A stretch of DNA of 64,000 bases, taken from contig CAZUNO010000015.1 of NCBI GenBank assembly GCA_964621445.1, positions 9,636 through 73,635 of the forward strand, given 5' to 3'. The notes under the pieces are model-generated. The model was not told the DNA's origin, did not search any database, and was given only the letters and a program-made list of their open reading frames with translations. The DNA comes from Candidatus Hadarchaeota archaeon. GTDB lineage: Archaea; CAYQAE01; CAYVLA01. Positions 20,679 to 30,539 of this stretch are shown here, piece by piece (positions within the stretch are counted from its first letter, which is position 1; every line of letters starts with the position of its first letter). The position numbers and the translations under genes were made by a program.

Positions 20679-21947
20679 TTGGGTTTACCTGTACCGCATA
20701 GAGCATTGAATAGGAGATTCCTCATATCATTTACCTGCCTGTTACTGGTGTTCGGCCCGAATGCTCTGGCGGCCGAGCGGATCGACCTCCTGCTCATAGG
20801 CCACGTGGTTTCCTCCTACAACCCGGTGACCACATTCCTGGATCCCGACCCTTCAGTCAGGTACACCATAGTCCCCACCAGCGAGAGCCACGCGCTTCCC
20901 CTAAACGAGGATGATGCCAAGAGGTACGTAAAGCAGTACTTCCCTCGGACCTATGAAGACCTTGCCGATTACGACTTCCTGATGTACTCCATACCATACA
21001 TTCTGCCCCTAACCCTGAACCAGATATCCTGGCTGAGGGAGGTCGTTTATTCCGGCGAATGCGGCGCACTCACGGATCAGGGAGGGCTGAGGCTGGACGT
21101 GAAGTACGCCCAGTTCTGGGTTAATTCCGGCATGAGCGAGGTGTTCGCCAATGATGCGGAGGCCGTGTTGCAGACGGGAAAGGTGACCTACAGCGACTCG
21201 GGGTACAGGCTTTCCGTTAAGCCGGAGGCCCAGCCCCAGGTCCTGGAACCCCTGATTAGCCTGGGTCTGGAGGACATCCCGGCCCTGGGCCTCTTCCACA
21301 CCGTTCCCAGGGAGGGAGCACGGATAATAGCTGAGGCCATGGGCAACTTCCCGGACATACCCGGGTACTCGAAGAGCGCCCCCTGGCTCATGTACTACCA
21401 GTACGGAGAGGGGTCCTCTTGGACCCTCTGCGACAACTTCGTCAATCCGTTCTGGTGCGGCATGTATTACGGGAGCGTGCAGGGCGACCTGCAGACCGAT
21501 GTTCTGATGAACATCATATGGCCCACCGTGGGGTGGGAGCTTCCCAGGGACGCCGCGCTCGTTCACAGGATACGCCTCCGTTTCAGGGATTACATAGAGG
21601 AGAGGAGTCTCCAGATCTCGGTGGTGGAGTTCGTGGACAGGCTTGGAGCCAATCTACTGCCGGTGGAGCAGGTCCTGGATACGGCAGACCAACTGAAGGG
21701 AGAGGCCGAAGAGCTTTACCTGGAACAGAGATACCAGGATTGCGAGGAGGAGCTTGACGGGGCATTCGCAAAAATTGAGGAGGCCGGCGGGCTGGCCCTG
21801 GACCAGAAGAAACGGGCCCTGCTCTGGGTGTATATCATAGAGTGGGCCGCGGTGACCGGCGCCCTCATGATCTGCGGCTTCGTTATCTACACGGTGATGA
21901 TCCAGAGGCGTTACTACAGGGAGATTCGCACCACTCGTACACAGTAA
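20679..21947 (+). CDS. Surface protein family paralog 4
   Basis: YFPRTY.DL..YD, FVDRLGAN, ALLWVYIIEW...VMIQRRYY. Confidence 0.9.
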   Translation: MGLPVPHRALNRRFLISFTCLLLVFGPNALAAERIDLLLIGHVVSSYNPVTTFLDPDPSVRYTIVPTSESHALPLNEDDAKRYVKQYFPRTYEDLADYDFLMYSIPYILPLTLNQISWLREVVYSGECGALTDQGGLRLDVKYAQFWVNSGMSEVFANDAEAVLQTGKVTYSDSGYRLSVKPEAQPQVLEPLISLGLEDIPALGLFHTVPREGARIIAEAMGNFPDIPGYSKSAPWLMYYQYGEGSSWTLCDNFVNPFWCGMYYGSVQGDLQTDVLMNIIWPTVGWELPRDAALVHRIRLRFRDYIEERSLQISVVEFVDRLGANLLPVEQVLDTADQLKGEAEELYLEQRYQDCEEELDGAFAKIEEAGGLALDQKKRALLWVYIIEWAAVTGALMICGFVIYTVMIQRRYYREIRTTRTQ

Positions 21948-21988
21948 TCATAAGATATTTGTCCTTCTCATTGCCCCCAAGCGTCGTG

Positions 21989-22834
21989 ATGGATTCACAG
22001 GCCCTATCGGTGATAATCGCCACGGTGCTTTTGGGACCCCCGCAGGCGGCCCCAATGTCAATAGCGATTATGGGTCTGGGAATAGAGAAGGCCATGGCAC
22101 TTATGGCCTTTGGCCACCTGGGCAGTGCCCTGTTCCTTCTCTTTTTCTTTGAGCTGATCAGCCCCCTTATCGAAAAAATCAGGGGCTTTCTTGGCTATCT
22201 TTGGATAAGAATTAAGCAGAAAAGGGGCCTCAAACCCATTGAGGAAAGATCCAGCGTTCCGTTCCAGGTGATGACTCCGGGTAGCAAGTATTACCTTCTG
22301 GGCGCGGTGGCTTTTGTCTTCGCCTTCGGCTCCTTCGTGGGGGTTGCTGCCACAAAGGCAGTGAACATGAAGCGCTCTCGGGCCTTCGCAGCCGTTCTAA
22401 TCGGATGCGGAATCTCCGTGGTTTTCTGGTCCCTGGTGGCCTACTACCTATCCAGGACCATCAAACCCTGGTTGATCACCCTGGTATTCCTGGTCCTGGC
22501 CCTGGCCCTTCTATGGAGGGGCAAGATCCTGGAAAACAGGTTCATGTCGGAGATCAGGAAACTGGGCATAAGGGGAGTCCAGGTCCTGTACCTCATGGCA
22601 TATGAGGCATCCCCCCGAAAAATCGCTGCCAGGAGCCAGATGGGCATAGACGAGATAACCAAGGTGCTCGAGGAGCTGCGGAGAAAAGGGTATGTGACCT
22701 CAGTTGGACAAGACATATACGAGCTCACATCCAGGGGCCTGGACAGGGCTGGACGGCTCCCTGGATGGTTGGTGGAGTCTCTAAAATCGGATGAAGAGGA
22801 GGGGAATAAGGATGAAACTGACGGAAGAAGTTGA
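21989..22834 (+). CDS. Polytopic membrane protein fused to C-terminal winged-helix domain
   Basis: About 5 TM segments, then ASPRKIA...I.KVLEELRRKGYV...YELTSRG; ATG 21989. Confidence 0.75.
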   Translation: MDSQALSVIIATVLLGPPQAAPMSIAIMGLGIEKAMALMAFGHLGSALFLLFFFELISPLIEKIRGFLGYLWIRIKQKRGLKPIEERSSVPFQVMTPGSKYYLLGAVAFVFAFGSFVGVAATKAVNMKRSRAFAAVLIGCGISVVFWSLVAYYLSRTIKPWLITLVFLVLALALLWRGKILENRFMSEIRKLGIRGVQVLYLMAYEASPRKIAARSQMGIDEITKVLEELRRKGYVTSVGQDIYELTSRGLDRAGRLPGWLVESLKSDEEEGNKDETDGRS

Positions 22835-23765
22835 AGTAGGTTCTCTGGGATTAAGAAACAGGATAGTGATGCCACCCATGGCCACCGGACTGGCAACCGA
22901 GAAGGGCGAGGTGACCGATGAACTGATCGACCACTACTCGTCCCGGGCACCTTGGCTGGGGCTGATAATCGTCGAACACAGCTATGTGCACCCCGAGGGT
23001 AGGCTTTCCAGCAGACAACTGGGAATATACGACGATTCCCTGGTACCGGGACTGGAGGAGCTATCAAGTTCGGTAAAGGAAGAGGGAACGCCGGTGTGCA
23101 TCCAGATTAACCACGCAGGCGCCAAGGCCGAGCCGGGTCCAGACCGGTATGCGGTGGGACCAAGCGCCGATGAGAATGCACACCAGCTTACCGAGGCAGA
23201 GATCTCGGAGGTGGTCGAGTCCTTCGGCAAGGCGGCGGCAAGGGCAGTATCAGCCGGCTTCGATGCCGTCGAGGTCCACGGCGCCCATGGATTTCTGCTT
23301 AACCAGTTCACCTCCCCGGTAACGAACCGCAGACAGGACTCATACGGTGGATATATCAAGAATAGAATGCGGTTCCCGCTCATGGTGGTGGATAGGGTTA
23401 GAAGGGAGACCAACGGAGAGGCCCAACTATGGTATCGCCTGGGAGCAGACGATCGCAACCCCCGAGGCAATAGCACAGAGGACGCGGCCAAGATGGCCAG
23501 GATGCTAGTGGACAGTGGAGTGGAGGTAGTTGACGTCTCGGGAGGGGTCTGTGGCTCCCGTCCCACAGGTCTCTCGGGACCTGGATACTTTGCATACGCT
23601 GCCCAAGCGGTCAAGGATGTCGTTGATGTGCCAGTGGTGGCCGTGGGCGGTATAAGGACCCCGGAAGATGCGGAGAGGATATTGTCGGAATGGAATATCG
23701 ACCTGGTGGCCGTGGGCCGGGCTCTACTTGAGGACCCCGAATGGGGTAGAAAGGCACAGGAATAG
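22812..23765 (+). CDS. NADH:flavin oxidoreductase (old yellow enzyme family)
   Basis: RNRIVMPPM, GFDAVEVHGAHGFLLNQF, N.R.D.YGG, VGRALL.DP. Confidence 0.95.
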   Translation: MKLTEEVEVGSLGLRNRIVMPPMATGLATEKGEVTDELIDHYSSRAPWLGLIIVEHSYVHPEGRLSSRQLGIYDDSLVPGLEELSSSVKEEGTPVCIQINHAGAKAEPGPDRYAVGPSADENAHQLTEAEISEVVESFGKAAARAVSAGFDAVEVHGAHGFLLNQFTSPVTNRRQDSYGGYIKNRMRFPLMVVDRVRRETNGEAQLWYRLGADDRNPRGNSTEDAAKMARMLVDSGVEVVDVSGGVCGSRPTGLSGPGYFAYAAQAVKDVVDVPVVAVGGIRTPEDAERILSEWNIDLVAVGRALLEDPEWGRKAQE

Positions 23766-23772
23766 GCAGTTA

Positions 23773-24348
23773 ATGGTAATAGAGGGAACATTCATAACTC
23801 CCGACGGAAAGCCAGGAGCGAGGAACAACCCATTGAAGATCCAAGATGCCGAGGAGCTCTTAAGAAAAATTCAGAAAAGGTACAATAAGAATCCAGATCA
23901 AGATTGGCGAATACTCATGGGCCGCGACTCCTCCGGACGCCCGACCCAGCTCATAGGAAACTCGAAAGCGTCCTGGCAGATAAAAGGAGAGATGGTTAAA
24001 CCTAGCAAGTTTGCTGGTGTGGGTTCCAGGCTCAAGGGAGTCAGCGGAGATGACCTGCTCGACGTGGGTGATCCCTTTTACGGCCTGAGGCCGGTCAAGA
24101 AGGAAGCGATGAGAAATATGCTCAAGACGGGCTCAAAAAAGTCACTCAAGAACTTGATAGGCCTGCCCCCGGCCTCACTGGATAGCGTGTCCTCTGCGGA
24201 GGCCCTCCTGGAGGGCCCCATCCTCCACTCGAGAACCCCTATCACCCCTATCTCGGACAAGCAGAGGGAGCTGGAGAACTCCCTCAACAGAAGTTTAGAG
24301 AAGTTAATGAGGGACAGATATCCGGAGACCAGAAGTGCCTACGGATAA
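23773..24348 (+). CDS. Conserved archaeal hypothetical protein
   Basis: P..WR...G, WQIK....P....GVG, EGP pattern recalled from euryarchaeal hypotheticals; co-oriented in operon. Confidence 0.7.
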   Translation: MVIEGTFITPDGKPGARNNPLKIQDAEELLRKIQKRYNKNPDQDWRILMGRDSSGRPTQLIGNSKASWQIKGEMVKPSKFAGVGSRLKGVSGDDLLDVGDPFYGLRPVKKEAMRNMLKTGSKKSLKNLIGLPPASLDSVSSAEALLEGPILHSRTPITPISDKQRELENSLNRSLEKLMRDRYPETRSAYG

Positions 24349-24356
24349 TCCCTGAG

Positions 24357-25430
24357 GTGAAGTACCTGCCATCCATTGATGTTCGTGATTTACCGAGTTC
24401 AAGAGAGGTGACCGTTACCCGGGATAAGGGCTATTTCCCGGTGGTCGTCCAAACCGGACCCAGCAAGGCGGTCGCCGTGGTCCGGGCTGGAGCCGGACAT
24501 ATTGGCCTGAGGGGAAGGCTGGAGGTGGTCAGAACCGAGGACTCCGGACTTACCTGGTCCCAACCCGTTGTGGCAGCGGACAGCGAGTGGGATGATAGGA
24601 ATCCCTCCCTGGGCAAGACCCGTCGCGGCGATCTGGTGCTCGCATATCACCACCAGGGAAATTACGACTCCGATGGCAATATCGTGAAAGGAGATCGCGT
24701 TGACACCCTTCTCACCACCTCCACCGACGAGGGAGGCACCTGGAGCGACCCATACCCATTGAACCTAGAGGAACTCCGGGGACGTTCACCCTACGGCAGG
24801 ATGATCAACTATGGCGATCAGCTGCTGATGCCGATCTATGGAGCGGAGATAGGGAGGAAACTTCCTCTGGACCGTCCCTGCAGGAGCTACATAATCAGAT
24901 CGGAGGACGGGGGCAGGACCTGGAAGACTCCAACCGAGATAGCCAGTGAGATGAACGAGACATCGCTACTACCGATGCCCGATGGAGATATCATCGCCTT
25001 CCTGAGATCGGAAAAGGGCCATCCCGCTTCCATCTACGGCTCCTTCTCTAGCGATCAGGGGTATAAATGGTCTGAGCCCTCCCGGATAACAGCCGACTCG
25101 GAACACCCGGCCGACGCCCTTCTGTTGTCCAACGGCTGGACCCTTCTCTGCTTTGGAAATCGGCACCATCCGTACGGGGTCCAGGGCCTGGTGAGCACCG
25201 ATGGCGGCAAATCATGGAATGGGACCAGGTTGATATTCACCGACGACCTGCCGGATACGGACATCGGCTATCCGAGCATGACCATGTTTGATAACGGAAG
25301 GATTATGATCATGTATTACTCGAGAGGTATCAAGTCCAAATATAGCGGGAAAGGCGCCTTCGCGAGAGCCATCCTCTTCGAGGAGGATGAGTTGGTTTCA
25401 GCCCTCCAGAAAAGCGGGGCTGGAAAGTAA
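24357..25430 (+). CDS. Sialidase-like (BNR/Asp-box) beta-propeller glycosidase
   Basis: Five Asp boxes (TEDSGLTWS, STDEGGTWS, SEDGGRTW, SSDQGYKWS, STDGGKSW), DIGYP. Confidence 0.9.
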   Translation: MKYLPSIDVRDLPSSREVTVTRDKGYFPVVVQTGPSKAVAVVRAGAGHIGLRGRLEVVRTEDSGLTWSQPVVAADSEWDDRNPSLGKTRRGDLVLAYHHQGNYDSDGNIVKGDRVDTLLTTSTDEGGTWSDPYPLNLEELRGRSPYGRMINYGDQLLMPIYGAEIGRKLPLDRPCRSYIIRSEDGGRTWKTPTEIASEMNETSLLPMPDGDIIAFLRSEKGHPASIYGSFSSDQGYKWSEPSRITADSEHPADALLLSNGWTLLCFGNRHHPYGVQGLVSTDGGKSWNGTRLIFTDDLPDTDIGYPSMTMFDNGRIMIMYYSRGIKSKYSGKGAFARAILFEEDELVSALQKSGAGK

Positions 25431-25436
25431 GCTTTG

Positions 25437-27485
25437 TCAGGGGAGGGTTATGGTGTTAACCTCGGTTTGTGATTCCATTCCCTGGACGAGGTCCCGGTCA
25501 TGAGTTACCAGGATGACCTGTCCAAGTTCCTCCAGACCGGCAAGGGTGCTGGCCAGAGATCGAACGTTTTCCTGGTCCATGTATTCTGTCGGCTCATCGA
25601 GTATCAGAAATCCCTGGTCCTGGACCTCGGGCTCCGTCTCCCTGAAGACCCGGGACAGCGCTATCCTCATGGAAAGACCGGCCATCACCCTTTCTCCCAC
25701 CGATAACATCTCCAGAGGCATCTTTCCGGAGGCTGTGCGGGCGATAACCCCGTAGTCATCATCAAGTTCTAGACCCTCTATAAAATCCCCGGAATATATA
25801 TCCCGGAAAATCTGGTCCGTGCGGGACTCGACAGTTGGTAATATCCGTTTTCTGGCATGAGGACCGATATTGTTGAATGCCCATCTGATGTCCTTAACCC
25901 GTTCTAGCTCATCCTCCAGGGAGGAATGCCTTTCCTCAATGGATTTCAAGCGGGTCTTTTTCATCTGTTCCTGGCCGAGTTTGTCCATGAGCTGGGAGAT
26001 CTCCTTTTCCAGCCTCTCCAGCATCCGTTTGTCGGCCATGTACTTCGCCAAGCGGTTCGATTCCTGGCCAACAGAGGGCGCCGACTTCTCCATCTCCTGG
26101 AGCATTTCCTTTTCCTTCTTTATCTCCTTTTCCATCTCCCGCTTGCTCTGGAGATCGGAGCTGAGCTGGGTCTCTATCTCCTCCTTTGAGGTCCTCAATC
26201 CGGAGTTCTGGGACCTCGCCTCCGATATCTCCCTCTCGGCTTCCCGCAGTTCCTGGTCTAGCCTGGAAAGACGGGACTGAAACCTGTCAACTGCCTGTTT
26301 GAATCTCTCCCTATCCTTCTCCTTGGACCGGATAGAGCTCTGAAGATCCTGGATCTTCTGGTCAAGGCTTCCTCGGGCATCCCGCGCGTGTTGAACGGTG
26401 AGTTGTGATCCACACAGAGGACAGATTGATTCACCCTCGGCCTCCATCTGGGAGAAGGTTTTTACCAGCCTCTCCTGCAACTCGAGATCGGCCTGGAGCT
26501 TCAGCACATCATTCTCCAGCTGCTGCAGGCTCTGCTGGTGCTCCTGAAGGTCCTCCGCTATCCTCTTTTTCCTCTCCTGCAGGCTCTGCTTCTCCTCGCG
26601 GAGGGATTCTATCCGATTTTCCCTCCTCAGGATATCAGCTTCGATCTCGTTCAGCCTTTCGTTTGCGGAGTCGATCCGCTCGTCCAGGGCCCCTCTATTG
26701 TGCTCAATGTTCTCCAGCCTCTGTCTAGTTGATGCCTGGTCCCTGCCGCCTTCCAGGTCTTGGGCAGAGATATCCTCGGAAATACCAGGCTCGCTCTTCA
26801 TTTTCTTGATCTCAGCCTGGAGGGTCATCTTCTCCTCCATACGACGGGAGAGCTCTTCTGATATCGATTCCGCGTTTTCCACCTCGGCCTGGGCCCTTAT
26901 CAGCTCCTCTCTTGCCCCGGACACCTCGTCTTCCAGCCTGGACTGCCTTTTCCTAAGGTCCTTCCAGGCCTCCTCGAAAACCCCGAGGCCTATCATGCGG
27001 TCAATCTCCCTTTCTCTCTCCTTTCCGGCCTCCAGAAGAGACCGGATTTCCCCCTGTCTTATGTAACAGGAGTTCCGGTATGTGCCCTGGTCGACAGGGA
27101 GCAGATCGTCCAGGGTCGCCTCCACCGCTGTTTTCTTTGAGGACATCTCATCTCCATTCCTGGTCAACCGTGTCTGGGTGGTTGATGCGCCCTCGTCACC
27201 TTTACTTAACTGCCTGAGAATGCGGTAGGAGCCTTCCGTAGAGACGCCACGTGGTCGAAAGCTGAGGGAGACTGTGCACTGGTTCTCCCCGATACTAACC
27301 AGTGGTGCAAGCCCGGTTGTACCGGTAACCGAGCCAAACAGGGCGAATTCTATGGACTCCAAGATCGACGTCTTGCCCGAGCCATTCGGTCCCTGGAGTA
27401 TGTTGATGCCGGGTGAGAAACGGACATTCCTGTCCTGGAAAATTTTGAAATTATGGAGTGAAAGTTCATTCACCATCATCTTCAT
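25437..27485 (-). CDS. rad50: Rad50/SbcC-like SMC ATPase with zinc hook
   Basis: GPNGSGKT, YIRQGEI, coiled coil with CPLCG, LSVGE, ILDEPT, VTHD. Confidence 0.88.
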   Translation of the reverse strand: MKMMVNELSLHNFKIFQDRNVRFSPGINILQGPNGSGKTSILESIEFALFGSVTGTTGLAPLVSIGENQCTVSLSFRPRGVSTEGSYRILRQLSKGDEGASTTQTRLTRNGDEMSSKKTAVEATLDDLLPVDQGTYRNSCYIRQGEIRSLLEAGKEREREIDRMIGLGVFEEAWKDLRKRQSRLEDEVSGAREELIRAQAEVENAESISEELSRRMEEKMTLQAEIKKMKSEPGISEDISAQDLEGGRDQASTRQRLENIEHNRGALDERIDSANERLNEIEADILRRENRIESLREEKQSLQERKKRIAEDLQEHQQSLQQLENDVLKLQADLELQERLVKTFSQMEAEGESICPLCGSQLTVQHARDARGSLDQKIQDLQSSIRSKEKDRERFKQAVDRFQSRLSRLDQELREAEREISEARSQNSGLRTSKEEIETQLSSDLQSKREMEKEIKKEKEMLQEMEKSAPSVGQESNRLAKYMADKRMLERLEKEISQLMDKLGQEQMKKTRLKSIEERHSSLEDELERVKDIRWAFNNIGPHARKRILPTVESRTDQIFRDIYSGDFIEGLELDDDYGVIARTASGKMPLEMLSVGERVMAGLSMRIALSRVFRETEPEVQDQGFLILDEPTEYMDQENVRSLASTLAGLEELGQVILVTHDRDLVQGMESQTEVNTITLP

Positions 27486-27717
27486 TGCCCATCTCCAACG
27501 AGCGTTTGAGCTGGTCCTCGATGTCCCCGGTCCGCTTTTGGCTCTCCTTTGCCGGTGATCCCGTCTTATTCTCCCCTTGATCCCCTGCCTTCTCCCGGAT
27601 TATGTCCGTGGCTTCCCTTATGAGAGTCTTTAGTTCGCCTTCTTCATACTTTTCTGAGAAATTTTCCCTCAGGAAGGATTCCAAGATCGAATAGATGTCC
27701 AACGAGCGCTTGGTCAT
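27466..27717 (-). CDS. 83-aa helical acidic protein overlapping rad50 start (Mre11 C-terminus-like?)
   Basis: ATG 27717, TATA-like TTTAAG upstream, 20-nt overlap with rad50. Confidence 0.6.
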   Translation of the reverse strand: MTKRSLDIYSILESFLRENFSEKYEEGELKTLIREATDIIREKAGDQGENKTGSPAKESQKRTGDIEDQLKRSLEMGNEDDGE

Positions 27718-27777
27718 ATCAAAGATAGGGAGGCCTGATGGCCTTAAAGTATTTCTGCGCCGGGTCTCCCCCGCCAT

Positions 27778-28857
27778 CTATTCCCAGTAGCTCTTCAGTA
27801 TCTCAAGGTAATTCCGATAATTGCTAAAGGAGATTCCCGGGGAAACGCAGTGATCCAGGCTGGGTATATATCCCCCCTCCTGGAGGAGAAAATCGAGCTT
27901 GTTTTTGACCTCCTCCTCCAGGGCGCGACCTCCCTTGGCGATCTTTCGCTTGTCTATATTGCCGATCATGAGCAGGTCACGACCGTACTCCCTCCTGAGC
28001 TCTATGGCGTTCTCCCCCGCTGCCGCCTCAAGGGGGTACAGACAGTTAACTCCGCCCTCCAGAAAGCAGGGGGTGATGGTGTCATTGTTACCGTCGCTGT
28101 CAACCATGATGATGTCTATGCCTCTATCCCTCAGAAAACCGGTTATCTTTTTGTATCCGGGAAGCATGAATTCCCGCCAAAGCTCGGGGGAGATGTGGGG
28201 ACCGCTGTGGTAGGCCATATCCTCCCAAAGAGTTGCGTAGTCTATGCGGGCCTCGGAGACGGCCTTCCTGCAAGCATCCACCTGGAACTGGGCCAGAAAA
28301 TCGAATAGCTCCCGGATAAACTCGGGTTCCCGGAACATCATCATTATCAGCCTTTTCAGTCCCATCATGTTACGGGCATTGCCGAAAAGGCCAGGAAAGT
28401 GGATGCCAACCGGATGTTCAACAACCTCGTAGTATTCCATTAGTTCCGGTCCCCAGTTCTTGGGGTATCTCCTCATGTCATGAGGATCATATCTGTCCCT
28501 TATCTTCTCAAAATCCCCAGGAGTATTGACTCCAAACTCAATGAACTGGGGTATGCTCGAGCCCACCTTCAGCGTCTTGGCCACCCACCTGAGACCGGAT
28601 CCCATGGTCTCGGTGACCCTGGTGCGTTCGTCCTCCCTTATGGTCCGGGTCACATAGCTGGGAATGGGCCCGAAGTCCAATCCTATCCTTTCCCGCTTGT
28701 CGAAACCCAGGAATTCCTGGTGGTCGACGCCCGCGGGCAATCCCTCCCTGCGCCAGCGATTGACGGTCTCCTGCCAGAAATGTAACCATTCGTAGAACGG
28801 AGGCCTGTCCGCATCCTTGAAGTGCATCCAGGCGTTGAACCTTTCCCGGTCGTTCAT
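27778..28857 (-). CDS. Uroporphyrinogen decarboxylase/MtaA-like family protein
   Basis: RERF, WEDMAY..GP.ISP, VDSDG, PLE.AAG, GGYIP.LDH. Confidence 0.9.
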   Translation of the reverse strand: MNDRERFNAWMHFKDADRPPFYEWLHFWQETVNRWRREGLPAGVDHQEFLGFDKRERIGLDFGPIPSYVTRTIREDERTRVTETMGSGLRWVAKTLKVGSSIPQFIEFGVNTPGDFEKIRDRYDPHDMRRYPKNWGPELMEYYEVVEHPVGIHFPGLFGNARNMMGLKRLIMMMFREPEFIRELFDFLAQFQVDACRKAVSEARIDYATLWEDMAYHSGPHISPELWREFMLPGYKKITGFLRDRGIDIIMVDSDGNNDTITPCFLEGGVNCLYPLEAAAGENAIELRREYGRDLLMIGNIDKRKIAKGGRALEEEVKNKLDFLLQEGGYIPSLDHCVSPGISFSNYRNYLEILKSYWE

Positions 28858-28955
28858 CCCATCACCGTCAAAGGGGGTTATAAGCTCCGATTTAACTATT
28901 CCTGCTCCGGGCAGGGGGCAAAGGATATTTAGAACCTACAGGAAAATTACTTGCA

Positions 28956-29978
28956 ATGACCGGCCTGCTTACCAAGATCAGGGACTATGATCGGTTGCTG
29001 AGCGAGCTGGATGAGGCTAGAGAAAACCTGGCCCAGGCCAAGGCCCGTCTCGAGGAAATGGAGGCGGAGCTGGATAAGCTGAGGTCCCAGCTGGACAGCG
29101 CCCATGAAAAATTGAAGCGGGAGAGAAAGAGGAAGGCCAAGGAGGAGGAACGACGGGGGAAAGTCGAGGACCAGTTGGAGAAAAAGAAGCAGGAGATAGC
29201 CAAGCTGGAGTCCAGAATCGAGGAGCTGGGCCGGAGGGTGGAAACCAACACCACGGCTACCCTGAGCGAGGAAGCTGAAGTTGAAGGCGATGGGGTCAAG
29301 GAGTTTGTGGGCCAACAGAGGTTCCCATCCTCAGGGATTTGCATTAGTGCAAAGGTCCCAGATGAGGAATTTGCACAGTGGATCGATTCCGTTCCGGGCA
29401 TGGCTCCATGGGCATCGAGGGTCGCCGGCGGACGGAAGGGACTGCTGGTATTCGCCTGTGGCACCAGGGCCGTGTTCCTTGAGCCCCCTCTCCCCCTTAA
29501 GGAGTCCCAAAACATTAGAGATACCGGCTTCGACTTCTCTGTGTTGGAAAACTCCCTGGGCAAACCACGGGTGGGGTTTATTTCCCTTCACCGGGACCGG
29601 TATGCAGTCTGCCTCTTAAACGGGGCCCTGGAGAAGAGCAAGCTGGAACGAAAGTCGGTATTGGGACGGTCCAGTAAAGGAGGTTTCAGCCAGGCACGCT
29701 TCTCACGGTCCAGACAGGACCAGGCAAAGCACCTTTTTCTGGAGGCGGACGGCGAGATAAAAGGAATTTTGGGGGATGAGAACCTGGAGTACGTCCTACT
29801 TGAGGGCGATGACGTAACGGTTTCCAGTTTCCTGGAAAGCTCGGAGAGCCTGGATGAGAGAGACGTCGTTCGCTACACCATGTCCCAGAAGCTATCCCGG
29901 GACCTCCTGGATAGACTACCAAGCATGATATGGAGATGGAGGGCCTGGGTCTTCGACCTACCCTCCCCGGTAACCTAG
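28956..29978 (+). CDS. Archaeal VLRF1 (Vms1/ANKZF1-like release factor) with N-terminal coiled coil
   Basis: KGGFSQARFSRSR loop, L.PP.P, long N-terminal coiled coil. Confidence 0.85.
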   Translation: MTGLLTKIRDYDRLLSELDEARENLAQAKARLEEMEAELDKLRSQLDSAHEKLKRERKRKAKEEERRGKVEDQLEKKKQEIAKLESRIEELGRRVETNTTATLSEEAEVEGDGVKEFVGQQRFPSSGICISAKVPDEEFAQWIDSVPGMAPWASRVAGGRKGLLVFACGTRAVFLEPPLPLKESQNIRDTGFDFSVLENSLGKPRVGFISLHRDRYAVCLLNGALEKSKLERKSVLGRSSKGGFSQARFSRSRQDQAKHLFLEADGEIKGILGDENLEYVLLEGDDVTVSSFLESSESLDERDVVRYTMSQKLSRDLLDRLPSMIWRWRAWVFDLPSPVT

Positions 29979-30469
29979 CCCAGAGGATACCCGATTTTCC
30001 TGACTAGATTCCTCCGTTGCTCCACGTCCCGTTCGTTTTCTATGGCCTCCACCGCGTTTCCATCCACAAAACCCAATACGCCCCGGCCCAGGTCCGTCTC
30101 CGCCACCAGCACCTGGCAAGGATTGGCCGTGGCTCCCGCAACATTACAGACGCCGGGAACGCTCTTCACCGCTCCCAACAGGTTCACGGGATATGCCCCG
30201 TTAACCATTATGACGAAGGCGTGGGAGGCAGCGATCCGCAGAGAATTTTCCGAGGCCAGTTCCTCTAGACGGTCATCATTACCGGTTACCCTGGTTAGTT
30301 TGGGCGCCGCCTCGTTCATGGCAACTCCCACCTTTACCTGGGGGACGGAGGCAACAATGGCCCTGAAGAGATCGTCACAGGTCTTCACCGTGAAATTTGC
30401 CATGCCCACGATGACCTGATCCTCCTCTTCCTTCTCAATGTTCACCGCCTCGATCTCAACTCCTGCCAT
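29975..30469 (-). CDS. Adenosine-specific kinase/AMP-binding protein (COG1839-like)
   Basis: G.A.NEA, G.D..L..LA, YPVN, ATANP.QV.VAET..GRGV.G.VDG. Confidence 0.9.
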   Translation of the reverse strand: MAGVEIEAVNIEKEEEDQVIVGMANFTVKTCDDLFRAIVASVPQVKVGVAMNEAAPKLTRVTGNDDRLEELASENSLRIAASHAFVIMVNGAYPVNLLGAVKSVPGVCNVAGATANPCQVLVAETDLGRGVLGFVDGNAVEAIENERDVEQRRNLVRKIGYPLG

Positions 30470-30539
30470 GTATAGAGAATTGCATCCCTAGAAAATAAAT
30501 ATGCCGGGACATATTTTTGAGGTGGGCTGAAGTGAGGTA

